From Gammaproteobacteria bacterium (lineage in GTDB: Bacteria > Pseudomonadota > Gammaproteobacteria > GCA-001735895), in NCBI GenBank assembly GCA_050291745.1, contig JBNKKI010000050.1:32012-96011 (forward strand): a stretch of DNA of 64,000 bases, read 5' to 3'. Both the position numbers and the translations under genes were made by a program. A model generated the notes under the pieces. The model was not told where the DNA came from and made no database searches. It saw nothing but the letters and a program-made list of their open reading frames with translations. Positions 21,452 to 31,751 of this stretch are shown one piece after another (position 1 is the first letter of the stretch; each line of letters starts with the position of its first letter).

Positions 21452-22384
21452 ATGACTCTTACTGAACTTCGTTATATCGTTGCCGTAGCACAGAAAAAAC
21501 ATTTTGGACAAGCCGCTCAGTCCTGTTTTGTTAGTCAGCCAACTTTAAGTATCGCTATTAAAAAACTTGAAGAAGAACTCAATTTAAAACTATTTGAACG
21601 CAGCTCAAAAAATGAAATCCGCATTACCGATATCGGTCATAAAATTGTACAACAGGCTCAAAAAGTATTACAGGAAACACAGGTTATAAATGAAATTTCA
21701 CAACAGGGTAAAGACCCTTTATCGGGCACTTTTAAACTGGGCGCAATTTATACTATTGGCCCTTACCTGTTACCTGATCTGATTCCAGTATTGCATGAAA
21801 ATGCCGCTAATATGACCCTGATCATCGAAGAAAATTTCACCGCCAACCTGTCTGAATCACTTAAACAGGGTGATCTGGATGCAATTATCATCTCCTATCC
21901 TTTCGACGAACCCGGACTGGAAACGTTCCCTTTATATGAAGAACCTTTTGTCGTCGCTATTCACTCTCACCACGAATGGTTAAGTAAAAAACAGATTAAT
22001 GTGGATGAATTAACTGGACAGGATTTAATGCTGTTAGGCGCAGGCCATTGTTTTCGAGATCAGGTTATTCTTGCCTGCCCCAGATGTATGGCTGAAAACA
22101 ATGAGTTAACCCGTACTCTGGAAGGCAGCTCCCTCGAAACAATTCGCCATATGGTCGCAGCTGGTACAGGTATAACAGTTTTACCCTGTACCAGTATGAT
22201 GAAAGGACAACACAATTCTGAATTAATAAAAATTAAACCATTTACGCCTCCACAACCGAGCCGTATCGTAGCACTTGCCTGGCGCAAAAATTACCCTCGA
22301 ACAGAAGCAATTCAACTTGTTATAGATAGCATTCAAAAATGTAAATTACCGGGCACCAATATCATTAATCAAATGCATTCCTGA
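21452..22384 (+). CDS. oxyR: LysR-type H2O2 sensor OxyR
   Basis: MTLTELRY HTH and the redox Cys pair GHCFRDQVILAC; start taken at the second ATG. Confidence 0.88.
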   Translation: MTLTELRYIVAVAQKKHFGQAAQSCFVSQPTLSIAIKKLEEELNLKLFERSSKNEIRITDIGHKIVQQAQKVLQETQVINEISQQGKDPLSGTFKLGAIYTIGPYLLPDLIPVLHENAANMTLIIEENFTANLSESLKQGDLDAIIISYPFDEPGLETFPLYEEPFVVAIHSHHEWLSKKQINVDELTGQDLMLLGAGHCFRDQVILACPRCMAENNELTRTLEGSSLETIRHMVAAGTGITVLPCTSMMKGQHNSELIKIKPFTPPQPSRIVALAWRKNYPRTEAIQLVIDSIQKCKLPGTNIINQMHS

Positions 22385-22467
22385 TCTTGAGCTATTGCGG
22401 ATAAATCTTCTAAGTTGATAGCTTGATAAACTGGACAAACTGCCAGCTTATCTCTGTATTGATATGA

Positions 22468-23025
22468 TTACGTGGCGGTATAAATAAGACTAGCCATCAG
22501 AAAACAGAATAGCCACTGCCCCAGAACCAGAAACTGTTTATTATTATCTTTCGATACTAAAACAGTAGCAAGCCAGACTATCCCGCAGACAAAGAAATAA
22601 ACCTGGAAAAATCAGTTGAGCGTGAAAAAGATGCGTAACAGATTGATGTGCATGATAAAATCAAAAACACCGTAGTCACCTGATTGGTGAAGAGTGTGTT
22701 TTTGATTTCATCAGGTGCATTAAGCTGTTACGTAGACTTTCATGATTCAACTGATTTTTCCAGGTTAAATACTGAGTAACAGAGATATTTCTGCTTTTGC
22801 CTGTATTATTTCAGTTGTAGCCATCAATAATAAAATAATCCCTGTTATTAACAAATCTACGCTTACCCAGTGCCAGCCACACCTGACCTGTACCCAGGTA
22901 TCTTTGTTTTTAGCAACGGTTTCTTTATCAGGAATTAGTGCCCTGTATTCTTTATCACCAATAAATGAATGGATAAAAAAGGCCAGCAACGCTAATACGC
23001 CGGCTATGAGGATTGTAATATTCAT
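22468..23025 (-). pseudogene. Small membrane protein gene (129 aa when restored) interrupted by a family A MITE
   Basis: The 86-aa ORF stops at the repeat edge; the same frame resumes at 22599 with YFFVCGIVWLATVLVSKDNNKQFLVLGQWLFCFLMASLIYTAT*. Confidence 0.8.
22601..22765. mobile_element. MITE family A, complete copy
   Basis: Perfect 19-bp TIR ACCTGGAAAAATCAGTTGA / TCAACTGATTTTTCCAGGT, flanked by TAA on both sides, internal hairpin, no transposase. Confidence 0.9.
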
Positions 23026-23046
23026 TGTAATGTCCCTATATGTTGA

Positions 23047-23066
23047 ACCTGGAAAAATCAGTTGAA
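23047..23066. repeat. Family A terminal fragment
   Basis: acctggaaaaatcagttgaa. Confidence 0.7.
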
Positions 23067-23302
23067 TAATAGGCAGTTATAACTGACAGGCTATCACTCT
23101 CAAACTTTGATTTTAAATTTATTATAGAAATCAGTTATATAAAACCTTTCAGTCACTTTGGCATAAAATATTTATAGTGGAAATGCTGGCTTGATGTTTG
23201 CCAACTACTTACCTCTGTGATCTCAGTCATCTCACCGACCTGATCAAAAAGAAATAGATAGGTGATTGAGATAGAAAAGTCAAACTCTCTGCCTTTCTGA
23301 TT

Positions 23303-23878
23303 TTATAACGCCAGTGATAACATTGCTTTTGCTTTGGCCCAATCCCGACGAACTGTAGGTGCACTAATTTCCAGAACCTCGGCAACTTCCTGTTCAGTCA
23401 AACCGGAAAAAAAACGTAACTGAAAAACATTTAACAGACGGGAATTATATTTCCCCAGTTCATCAAGGGCCTGATCCAGAGAAATAAGCCAGGCGGCCTG
23501 ATCTTCTACTTTCAGGTTTTCATTAATTGTTACATGAAGGAATTCAGCACCCCGTTTTTTTCGCATTAGTTTCCTGGCTTCATCAATTAATAACTGTCGC
23601 ATAGCCATGGCTGCAACAGCTAAAAAATGAGATCGATTGCTGTAATGCTGATCATGCTCATGTAAACGAATCCAGGCTTCATTGACAACTGCAGTAGTAT
23701 TGAGCATATCGGAAGGTTTACCATGAGAACGCCTTTGACTGGCTGCAATATTTTTTAATTCCTGATAGACCAGAGGTAAAAACTCTTCTTTGGCAGTTAC
23801 ATCTCCTTTAAATGCTTTATTGATTAAGCGTGTGAGCTGTTGCGGGTCATACTCTTGCCAGACTGAATTTTGTTTCAT
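23303..23878 (-). CDS. ECF sigma factor, kinase-associated (ECF43-like)
   Basis: LPLVYQELK, LNTTAVVNEAW, NRSHFLAVAAMAMRQLLIDEAR...KRG, TVRRDW. Confidence 0.88.
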   Translation of the reverse strand: MKQNSVWQEYDPQQLTRLINKAFKGDVTAKEEFLPLVYQELKNIAASQRRSHGKPSDMLNTTAVVNEAWIRLHEHDQHYSNRSHFLAVAAMAMRQLLIDEARKLMRKKRGAEFLHVTINENLKVEDQAAWLISLDQALDELGKYNSRLLNVFQLRFFSGLTEQEVAEVLEISAPTVRRDWAKAKAMLSLAL

Positions 23879-23881
23879 TTA

Positions 23882-24094
23882 ATCTAAAAAAATAGTTGCG
23901 CGTGAATTAAGAAGCGTAACAGCTTGATGTGTCAGATGATATCAAAACACAGTCATCAAACTCATATGCATCCTGCATTCGTTATACAACAGTATTCCTG
24001 TTGAAAATCTGAGTGATAAAGAAGGTGTTTAATATTTTATCCAGCTCATTAATATGCAGGATTTTCTTTCATGATTCAATGGATTTATCCAGAT
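23882..24094. mobile_element. Degenerate family A MITE
   Basis: Starts atctaaaaaaatagttgcgcgtgaattaagaagcgtaacagcttgatgtg and ends tttcatgattcaatggatttatccagat, colinear with the A copies. Confidence 0.7.
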
Positions 24095-24155
24095 TTATGC
24101 ATCTACTTAAGTTTGGCAGAAATGATTTATTCCAGTACTAAAATCAAACATTTTT

Positions 24156-27100
24156 TTAGAAAATTTTGGCAAATCGATTGGCTAATAAAGAATTATTCTG
24201 TATCGCAACAGAATAATCTTCTCTCGCTGCTTTAATTTTTTCTTCACTATCGAGGGTTGGTGATAACATGAATAATTTAGCTCTCCACAGGCGTAATACC
24301 GGCAGATTAGGATATTCATCGATAGTAGCTGAAATATCCTCAAAATCCTTTGCATATAAAGCACTATCCTCATTAGCTTCTAACATTCTCCATTGATGCT
24401 CAAATACCGATAAAGCAGCAAAACTCTGCACAGCTTCATATCGATCAATTTTACTGGCGAGCGATTTTTGCAAAAAATGTCTTGCTGTCGATATCTCAAT
24501 AGCCGGGTTCAATTTATCAATGAGTTCCTGTTTTGCTTTATAACGCCAGTAATCAGCCCACAATAAATTGGTTTCATGTGCATTGTCTAATAATGCTTCT
24601 AACTCAGTCATTAACTGATGCATTTTTTTTAATTGATCCGATTGAGAAATCCCCTGATCAAGTGCATAGTTAACCGCCAGGGAAAGTGCTCCTAACTGGT
24701 TGAATCGGGGTACATGTCTTTGCGGATCAATATCAATATATCGTTGAAAATAATTCAGCGCCTGTTGAGGCAGATCGCCCGGATCTTCTCCTTTGAAAAG
24801 CTTTAGTTCCGCACTCGTCGATAATGCGAGTGCAATAATTCTAATGGCCTGCATATGGTCAGGAACTTTATCAAGAACCTGTTCAGCCAACTGAATCGCT
24901 TCCTGAAAATGACTTTGAGCATCTATTCCACTGTTATATAAATAATATCCATGCCAGGTCAGGTTATCCGATAACTGCAGTAGACTCGACATGGGTGCAC
25001 CCGGTTTAGCCAGACTGTCACGCAACAAATCAATCCCCTTAGCTAAGGCGGCACCGCCATCTCCTCCACGACTATATTCTTTTCTCCCGGCTGCGAGTAA
25101 AACTTGTGCAAGCTCTTCAATCAGTTCACTATCACCTGGCGTTAAATCTGCTGCTTTACCAAGAGCTTCAATCGCTAAATTCAGGGATAATTCACCATCA
25201 CCACCAGTTTCATAGACCCAGGAAGAACGGGTCATATGCGTTGAACCAAGTAAACTGAGTGCCTGAGGATATTGAGGATTGATCTGTAGAGCTTTGTTTG
25301 ACAACTCTGTCGCTTTATCCAGTGCGGCTACCGGGTCACTACTATGCTTGTGAATATAACGTGCCGTATTCAGATAAGCCATACCGCTATAAACCAGCGC
25401 TTCCTCTGAATGAGGGTTGAGCTTAATCAGAGAATCACATGGCTCGATCGGTTTCAATTGATTGATAGGTTGCTCATCCACATCGAGGTTTTCCAGTTGA
25501 ATCATTTTACTGAGGGCCACACACCAGCCTTTCATGGAATCAGGGTGACTTCGTGCGATACGGGTCGTTTCACTAAAAACATTTTCTGCCTGTTTTAATG
25601 CTTCTCTAGCTGACGAGAAATCACTCTCGATCAATTTTTTTTCTGCAATTTCCAGATACAAATTACCTGTTTCCAGCATTGCATTAACCGGCCAGGATGA
25701 TTTTTCTGCCACCGCTTTTAATAACTTCAGTGCTGAAGCGGTATCATTATCAAGGTGATGGGTTAATGCTATTGCAATGAGCGCCTGATCTTTATCAGCC
25801 GAAGTACTAATTTGTAAAAACTGCCTGGCTGGCTGTAAATAATTCTTTTTGGCATTATCTAACGCCGCTATCTGCGCTTCAGAATAAGATAAAAGACTTA
25901 TCTGGTGGATGGAATCAGAATAATTATGTATATAGGCATGACCAAGTTTCAACGCCAGTCTGGTATCTTTAAAACCCGCATCCCAGGCGTTTTTTAGAAA
26001 TTGAAGTGCCTCCCGATTTTTCCCCAGATCAAGCGCAGCGCGTCCAAGTGCATAATTAACAAAGGGTTGACTGGCTGAATCAATTTGCGAGGCTTGCAGT
26101 TTTAAGTTGTCATATTTCTGATGAAAGCCAGCCAGATCATTTTCAATATTATGCAACGGTCGGCTGTAAACTAATTGAACACCACTTTCTATTTCCTGGG
26201 CAACCTGCTCAAAGTGTTGCGTCATTAGCGCCTGCTTCGCCGCAAACTCATATTTAGTCAGACTTTGCCAGATAGCTGTACTGATCAACACGGTCACCAG
26301 TACAATCAGTAAAAAAATAGTTGTTGATAGATAAGGTCTTCGTCGTATCCATCGCTTTAACATATAGGCAGATCCGACAGAATGAGCGGAGACCGACCGT
26401 CCCTGTTTAAAGTTTTGTAAATCTGAAATTAACTCTGATACCGACTGATAACGCTCAGATGGTGCCTTTTGTAAACACTTAAAAATGATGGCAGACAAGT
26501 CCTGTTGAACATGCCTGGAACTTAGTAAAGGAGTATCCCGGTGAATAATCTGATAACTGGTTTCAGTTGAATTGTTACCTCTAAAGGGCTTTCGATTATC
26601 GACCAGTTCATACAACAATATTCCCAGGCTAAAAATATCACTCCGCTGGTCAATTTCAGCTCTATCACCAATGATCTGCTCCGGAGAGCTATAGGAAACC
26701 GTGCCCAGAACCTGACCGGTTTGTGTTAATTGCTCATCCTCACTTTTGGAGGCTATCCCAAAATCAAGGACGACAGGTTTAGGATTACTAACACCACCTT
26801 TAACCAGAATATTACCCGGCTTTAAATCACGATGAACAACACCACATTGATGAGCATATCCTATAGCCTCACATATTTTTAAAAAAATTCTCAATCGCTG
26901 TGATTGGGATAGCATATTATATTTGCAAAAACTGATCAGTGGCTCTCCCTGTATATAGTCCAGCACAAACCAGGGACGGCCATCATCCGTAATACCTGCG
27001 TCCAGTAGAGAAGCAATACCGGGATGATTCAATTCAGCCAGAATTTGTCGCTCACGTTGAAATCGAGCCTGAAATTCTGGACTCGATAAACCTCGTGATA

Positions 27101-27461
27101 AAATCTTGATGGCAACCTGCATATCAATTTGACCATCAGCACGTTCTGCTAAATAGACATCTCCCATGCCACCGCTGCCGAGTAAATGCAAAATTCGATA
27201 GCGCGAAAGAAGTACACCGCTTTTAAGATCGGGTTGACTTTCCGTCACTCTATCCAGCACATCAGGCGCAGCACCACCTATACCCCGCTCAAAAATATCT
27301 GTTTTTTGATGGCATGCTTCATCCTCTAATAAGTCAACTACCTTACCCTGTTCTTGTGAAGAATGAGAAGTTTCAGCATCGTATTGTTTATCCAGAACAG
27401 GTTCTAACTCAGACCACATCGAGGCCAGTTTATCGATAGAAACAGGTTTTCGCTTAGACAA
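24156..27461 (-). CDS. Hanks-type Ser/Thr protein kinase with TM segment and long TPR-like C-terminus
   Basis: LGSGGMGDVY, VAIK, HRDLKPGN, DFG, SPEQ; TM PYLSTTIFLLIVLVTVLISTAIW; helical repeats follow. Confidence 0.92.
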   Translation of the reverse strand: MSKRKPVSIDKLASMWSELEPVLDKQYDAETSHSSQEQGKVVDLLEDEACHQKTDIFERGIGGAAPDVLDRVTESQPDLKSGVLLSRYRILHLLGSGGMGDVYLAERADGQIDMQVAIKILSRGLSSPEFQARFQRERQILAELNHPGIASLLDAGITDDGRPWFVLDYIQGEPLISFCKYNMLSQSQRLRIFLKICEAIGYAHQCGVVHRDLKPGNILVKGGVSNPKPVVLDFGIASKSEDEQLTQTGQVLGTVSYSSPEQIIGDRAEIDQRSDIFSLGILLYELVDNRKPFRGNNSTETSYQIIHRDTPLLSSRHVQQDLSAIIFKCLQKAPSERYQSVSELISDLQNFKQGRSVSAHSVGSAYMLKRWIRRRPYLSTTIFLLIVLVTVLISTAIWQSLTKYEFAAKQALMTQHFEQVAQEIESGVQLVYSRPLHNIENDLAGFHQKYDNLKLQASQIDSASQPFVNYALGRAALDLGKNREALQFLKNAWDAGFKDTRLALKLGHAYIHNYSDSIHQISLLSYSEAQIAALDNAKKNYLQPARQFLQISTSADKDQALIAIALTHHLDNDTASALKLLKAVAEKSSWPVNAMLETGNLYLEIAEKKLIESDFSSAREALKQAENVFSETTRIARSHPDSMKGWCVALSKMIQLENLDVDEQPINQLKPIEPCDSLIKLNPHSEEALVYSGMAYLNTARYIHKHSSDPVAALDKATELSNKALQINPQYPQALSLLGSTHMTRSSWVYETGGDGELSLNLAIEALGKAADLTPGDSELIEELAQVLLAAGRKEYSRGGDGGAALAKGIDLLRDSLAKPGAPMSSLLQLSDNLTWHGYYLYNSGIDAQSHFQEAIQLAEQVLDKVPDHMQAIRIIALALSTSAELKLFKGEDPGDLPQQALNYFQRYIDIDPQRHVPRFNQLGALSLAVNYALDQGISQSDQLKKMHQLMTELEALLDNAHETNLLWADYWRYKAKQELIDKLNPAIEISTARHFLQKSLASKIDRYEAVQSFAALSVFEHQWRMLEANEDSALYAKDFEDISATIDEYPNLPVLRLWRAKLFMLSPTLDSEEKIKAAREDYSVAIQNNSLLANRFAKIF

Positions 27462-27579
27462 TATTCAATCCATCCATATTGGTTAAAAAGTATCACCAAT
27501 CCAGCACAAAAAATCACATGATCATTAACTATGTGCTTTTTTTTCTATACAATGCAAAAAACTTGCACTTATTTTCATC

Positions 27580-27888
27580 ATGACCAAACCAGAAATTACC
27601 AGCGCCGAACTTATCCGGGGCAAGATCAATAGTGAAACTGCCACAATCCCCTGGAAAGAACTCCAGCGCCATTTTGCCGGGGGTTATACCTTACTGGTTG
27701 ATCAGCAACTGGATCTTATCGAAGTTGCCTTTCAATTCGAACAGGATAATGCTGCGCAAATTGAAACCTGGTTAAACGACCAGTTAATTCAACAGGTCAG
27801 TAACGATCAGGCACGTCAATGGTACAACGATGATGCCAGCCTATGGACCTCAGTTGTCAAACCCTGGGTATTAATCCAGCAATTATAA
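27580..27888 (+). CDS. DUF2288 family protein
   Basis: ETATIPWKELQRHFAGG, VVKPWVLIQ. Confidence 0.8.
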   Translation: MTKPEITSAELIRGKINSETATIPWKELQRHFAGGYTLLVDQQLDLIEVAFQFEQDNAAQIETWLNDQLIQQVSNDQARQWYNDDASLWTSVVKPWVLIQQL

Positions 27889-27903
27889 AGTTCAAAAATT
27901 CAA

Positions 27904-28734
27904 TTAAAGCTGCTCCAGAATATTCACCAGGGCATAGCCATCCAGTACCGTTAAATTATGTGCAAAGCCCTCAATTATACGTATTGATTTATTGCCTATC
28001 GCCTGTACATTACTCATATCCTGGCTATATCCCGGAACAATGGGATCACCAAGCATCCCATTCACTGATGACCTGACTATAGAATAATATTTAATTGGTG
28101 GATGTTGACGGGTATTAAGCCAGTAAAGCAGCTTGCCGGGCATAGCCGGTAAAATATCATGAAGCAAACCTCTGGATCGAACCAGTGTGTCATAGTTATT
28201 TCCAGCAAAAAATTCCTTAATTTTATTAATCGGGAAAGGGTCATCTATTTCATCCAGCCCCCTGTAGGCCAGCACAGTCCCTAAATGAGGACTGGCGATG
28301 GTGATCAGTGCTTTAACATTCGGAGTACCGCTACGGACAAGAGATAAGCGAGCGACCACACCTCCCAGAGAGTGCCCTGCAATAATAATTTTTTCCTTCG
28401 GATAGCGATCATTAACCCAACGCACAGCGGTGGTAAAAACATTGGCCTGGCCACTTAATGGAGCCTCAGAATTTAACTGTAGATTAACGACTTTATTTTC
28501 AGCATCCTGCCATTTAAATGGCACTGGAACCAAACCCAGAGGCGCTCCAACTAAAACATAAGCACGTTTCCAGCCGAATTGTTGCAATACAGCTGACACA
28601 CCGGAATTCTCCCAGGAATAAACACTACCCTGATAGCCATGTACCAGTAACAAAACATCCGCTTTAATACTGGCAGAAAAAAACAGCAACACCAAAAGAA
28701 GAAAACTACTGAGTTTATTTACAATAATCATCAC
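27904..28734 (-). CDS. Exported alpha/beta hydrolase (lipase-like)
   Basis: Signal peptide, LLVHGY, GHSLGG, ITIASPHLGT. Confidence 0.85.
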   Translation of the reverse strand: MMIIVNKLSSFLLLVLLFFSASIKADVLLLVHGYQGSVYSWENSGVSAVLQQFGWKRAYVLVGAPLGLVPVPFKWQDAENKVVNLQLNSEAPLSGQANVFTTAVRWVNDRYPKEKIIIAGHSLGGVVARLSLVRSGTPNVKALITIASPHLGTVLAYRGLDEIDDPFPINKIKEFFAGNNYDTLVRSRGLLHDILPAMPGKLLYWLNTRQHPPIKYYSIVRSSVNGMLGDPIVPGYSQDMSNVQAIGNKSIRIIEGFAHNLTVLDGYALVNILEQL

Positions 28735-28855
28735 ATGATCTCCAGTTCAGCTTCAATTGTTTACTCAGAACAAAATATACCTTCTGGTAAAAATTATTCA
28801 ATTGTGTACATTATGCAGTTTTTTTTAAACCATATTAGCTTTTTCTTATAGATAT

Positions 28856-29203
28856 ATGACTAAAATCAATCCTTATGTTTTTAATATCGATTTAGAGGAC
28901 TTCAATGATAAAGTCCTGCAAGCTTCTTTTGAAACACCGGTACTGGTTGATTTCTGGGCTGACTGGTGTAGTCCCTGTATTGCCATTGCACCGGTGTTAG
29001 GTCGTGTCATCGAATCTTTTGAGGGACAAGTGGTTCTCGCCAAACTGGAAGTGGATGAAGGACATAATATGAAGCTGGCGGGTAAATATCTGGTTAGAGG
29101 ATTTCCTACAATTATCCTGTTTAAAAATGGAGAAGAGCAGGATCGCTTCAGCAGTGCCCGTCCTGCACAGTTTATCGAGCAATTTATCGAACCTCATCTT
29201 TAA
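28856..29203 (+). CDS. Thioredoxin family protein
   Basis: VLVDFWADWCSPC, VRGFPT. Confidence 0.9.
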   Translation: MTKINPYVFNIDLEDFNDKVLQASFETPVLVDFWADWCSPCIAIAPVLGRVIESFEGQVVLAKLEVDEGHNMKLAGKYLVRGFPTIILFKNGEEQDRFSSARPAQFIEQFIEPHL

Positions 29204-29328
29204 AAATCACAGAAATTTCCTTTTATTATCCCTGATAAGAAACGAAGAAACGCAAACTCAAAGGATTAAACCAGAAACGATATTCCAGTTTTCAACTATA
29301 CTCGTCATAAAACAATGAATATATCATC

Positions 29329-31704
29329 GTGTCAGATTTCGAATTTCCCTATTCAATAGATCGTTTCATTATTAATGACATCCTGGGTAAAGGTGCGCAA
29401 GGCATCGTTTATCTGGCGACCGATCCCAGTCTTGATCGAAAGGTTGCGATAAAATCAGTCATTTTACGTGACCACCTGTCTCAACAGGACGAAATAGAAA
29501 ATTTATTACACGAAGCCCGTACAGTCAGTCGTTTACAACATGCTAACATCGTAACCATTTATGATGTCGGCAATAACCCCCTGGAACCATATCTGGTACT
29601 TGAATATATAGAAGGAGAAACACTCTTTTCTATGTTACATAACCCGCTTCCTCTGCAAAAAACATACAATATCATGCGTGATGTATTATCCGGAGTAGCC
29701 GCAGCGCATAAAGAGGGCATTATCCATTGCGATTTAAAACCCGCCAATATCATGATAACCAAACAGGGGCAGGCAAAAGTTGCAGATTTCGGCCTGGCAC
29801 TCTTATCCGACAAACAGCATGAAGACAGTGATCAACTATCAGGTACTCCGCAGTACATGGCACCGGAATATATCGAAACCCACAAGCATCAGACGGTTTC
29901 CGATGTATTTTCACTTGGCCTTATTTTTTATGAAATGCTAACTGGTAAAAAAGCAATTTATGGTGATGATGTTTATCAATTATTAAATGCCATTGCCAAT
30001 ACAGAGATACCACCGCCTTCCACAATAAATCAGAGTATTGATGAAAGCATGGATGCACTAATCATGAAAGCGCTGGAAAAAAAACCTGAAAATCGTTTTC
30101 AGACAGCAGATGAAATGTTACAGAGTTTAAATGATAACCTGGCATTTAATGAAGCAATGGAACATAGCGATACATCAGATGCAACAGTACAATTTCTATT
30201 GCGCAGGATGAATCATAAAAAGGATTTTCCTGCCTTCTCACGTACGATTAGCATACTCAACAAAGCTTCGAGTAGTGATACAGAAAGTTTATCTACGGTA
30301 TCAAATGCAATCCTTAAAGATATATCATTAACCAATAAGGTTTTAAGAATTGTTAATTCAGCCTATTACAGTCGTGGCGGAGGTAAAATTTCTACAATCT
30401 CACGCGCAGTTGTCATGCTTGGCATTAATCCTGTAAAAAGTCTGGCCGTTTCTCTATTGTTATTTGAACATCTGCAAAATAAAATGCAGGCGAATCAATT
30501 GATGGAAGATTCAGTTACCTCATTATTCAGTGCCATCATGGCAAATGATCTGGCAAATACAAATAAAGTAAAACAGCATGAAGAAGCTTTTTTATGCGCA
30601 CTACTACAGCAACTCGGCAAGTTATTGGTTCGTTTTTATTTACATGAAGAAAGTCTGGCAATTGATAAACAGGTAGAACAAAACAATCTTGAAGAAAACA
30701 CTGCCGCCCTGAAAGTATTAGGAACCAGTTATCATACCCTTGGAATGACAGTTGCAAAAGAATGGGGATTTCCTGATCAAATCATCAATAGTATGAAACC
30801 GGTTGATGAACAATTTCTGGAAAATAAATCTAATAAAACAGAAGATAAATTACGCACGATTGCTAATTTCAGTAACAACTTATGCCAGGTACTAAAACAA
30901 CCTGATGAAAAGAAAACTGAAGCGATCAAAAATGTAACTCAGCAGTATGAAAATGTACTCAATATTGATAATAAGAAAATTGAACGTCTGATTGAATCTT
31001 CACAAAAAGAATTGACCGGATTTGCAAAATTAATAAATTTCAATCTCAACAAAAGCAGTTTCTATCAACAGCTGACATCCAGCAATGAAGATCAGGATGA
31101 GACTCAGGAAAAACCTCCAGAGTCAGTCTTTGGGGACCCTGACAGTGTCAAGGTATTAACCGAAGATATTCCTCAGGAAGAAACCAAACATAATTCAGAA
31201 AAAGCGCTCACCGATGGGATTCAGGATATTACCAATACTTTAACCGGCGATGATATTAGTATAAATCAAATCATGGAAATGATCCTCGAAACAATATTTC
31301 GAGCACTACCGGGATCACGAGTCTTACTAGCCTTGAGGGACAGGAATACGAATAGTATAAAAGGCAAGTTTGGCTATGGAGAAGAAGTAGAAACACTCAC
31401 AAAAAATTTTATTATTCCACTAGCCTATGAGCCGGACGTTTTTCACATAGCCTTTAAAAATAGTGTCGATATCAAAATTGATAACACTCAGGATAAAAAA
31501 ATCAAAGATAAAATTCCAGAATGGTTCCACCGTAAAATCGGCACCAAATCATTTGTACTTTTTCCCATAATAATCAAACATAGTCCGATTGCTCTCATTT
31601 ATATTGACAGCACTCAGTCCAGCGTTATTGATATATCAGACAATCAGTTAAGCCTGCTTAAAACACTTCGTAATCAGGCTATATTGGCGATTAAGAGTAA
31701 GTAG
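29329..31704 (+). CDS. Ser/Thr kinase fused to an HDOD domain and a GAF-like C-terminus
   Basis: LGKGAQGIVY, HCDLKPAN, DFG, YMAPE; HDOD ILKDISLTNKVLRIVNSAYY...ISTISRAVVMLG; SFVLFPI...IALIYID. Confidence 0.88.
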   Translation: MSDFEFPYSIDRFIINDILGKGAQGIVYLATDPSLDRKVAIKSVILRDHLSQQDEIENLLHEARTVSRLQHANIVTIYDVGNNPLEPYLVLEYIEGETLFSMLHNPLPLQKTYNIMRDVLSGVAAAHKEGIIHCDLKPANIMITKQGQAKVADFGLALLSDKQHEDSDQLSGTPQYMAPEYIETHKHQTVSDVFSLGLIFYEMLTGKKAIYGDDVYQLLNAIANTEIPPPSTINQSIDESMDALIMKALEKKPENRFQTADEMLQSLNDNLAFNEAMEHSDTSDATVQFLLRRMNHKKDFPAFSRTISILNKASSSDTESLSTVSNAILKDISLTNKVLRIVNSAYYSRGGGKISTISRAVVMLGINPVKSLAVSLLLFEHLQNKMQANQLMEDSVTSLFSAIMANDLANTNKVKQHEEAFLCALLQQLGKLLVRFYLHEESLAIDKQVEQNNLEENTAALKVLGTSYHTLGMTVAKEWGFPDQIINSMKPVDEQFLENKSNKTEDKLRTIANFSNNLCQVLKQPDEKKTEAIKNVTQQYENVLNIDNKKIERLIESSQKELTGFAKLINFNLNKSSFYQQLTSSNEDQDETQEKPPESVFGDPDSVKVLTEDIPQEETKHNSEKALTDGIQDITNTLTGDDISINQIMEMILETIFRALPGSRVLLALRDRNTNSIKGKFGYGEEVETLTKNFIIPLAYEPDVFHIAFKNSVDIKIDNTQDKKIKDKIPEWFHRKIGTKSFVLFPIIIKHSPIALIYIDSTQSSVIDISDNQLSLLKTLRNQAILAIKSK

Positions 31705-31751
31705 ATCCCGCTATATTTTAGACCTTTAAAAACACATCCTGTTTTAATACA

